A DNA stretch of 64,000 nucleotides, from the NCBI RefSeq assembly GCF_009914755.1, contig NC_060941.1. One strand, 5' to 3'. The stretch comes from the human T2T-CHM13v2.0 reference genome, Homo sapiens. This document shows, one piece after another, positions 63,691-64,000 of this stretch. Position 1 is the first letter of the stretch, and each line of letters starts with the position of its first letter. The notes under the pieces are model-generated. The model had not been told where the DNA came from. It did no database searches and saw only the letters and a program-made list of their open reading frames with translations. Both the position numbers and the translations under genes were made by a program.

Positions 63691-64000
63691 TTATTACACT
63701 CCGATGCGTACCATAAAAAAGGCCCTGCCTTTCTCCTTCAGATAGAATTCAGAGACTAGGCTAAGTAGACTAGATTTGGGTGGGCAAATCCTGCTCTTTG
63801 GAGAGGGAAGGGACCCATAGACTAGCAGGGAGGCTGCTGGTGTCATGGAAAAGCTAAAACCCAGAGCCTCTCGCCTGAACCCAAGCCCCTCGCAGTTATG
63901 TGGGTTCACAGCCTTGGCTGCTCTGGCTTGGTTTCAATGCTGGAACTGAAGCAGGACTACATTCCATAACTCTCTGATACAGCAAGTCAGGGGTGACTGC

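Overview
Human (primate) genomic DNA, very Alu-rich (about 45 Alu copies or fragments, plus L1, L2, MIR, MaLR/ERV LTRs and DNA transposons). The only intact protein-coding sequence I recognise is coding exon 1 of SKAP1 on the minus strand (MQAAALPEEIRWLLE, 3590-3545), inside a CpG-island promoter at about 3.4-3.9 kb; bases 1-3544 are SKAP1 intron 1. From known gene order this places the window at 17q21.32, with the remaining ~60 kb being the interval between SKAP1 and the 3' (HOXB1) end of the HOXB cluster. No HOX gene lies inside the window. A Y3 RNA retrocopy is at 52574-52673. Leading hypothesis (unproven): a chain of short, splice-site-bounded, largely phase-compatible exon-like islands on the + strand (~21.4-57.1 kb), with in-frame stops and an Alu inserted inside one exon. 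It looks like a decayed multi-exon gene (candidate unitary pseudogene, possibly beta-propeller/WD40-like) divergent from SKAP1. Also notable: an ancient degenerate telomere-like (CCCTAA) array invaded by MER20, the Y3 copy and five stacked Alus; several motif-dense candidate enhancers (HOX/PBX/MEIS, ETS/RUNX, RFX, CTCF); and a perfect 28-bp duplication in SKAP1 intron 1. Repeat boundaries and subfamilies were called by eye and are approximate.
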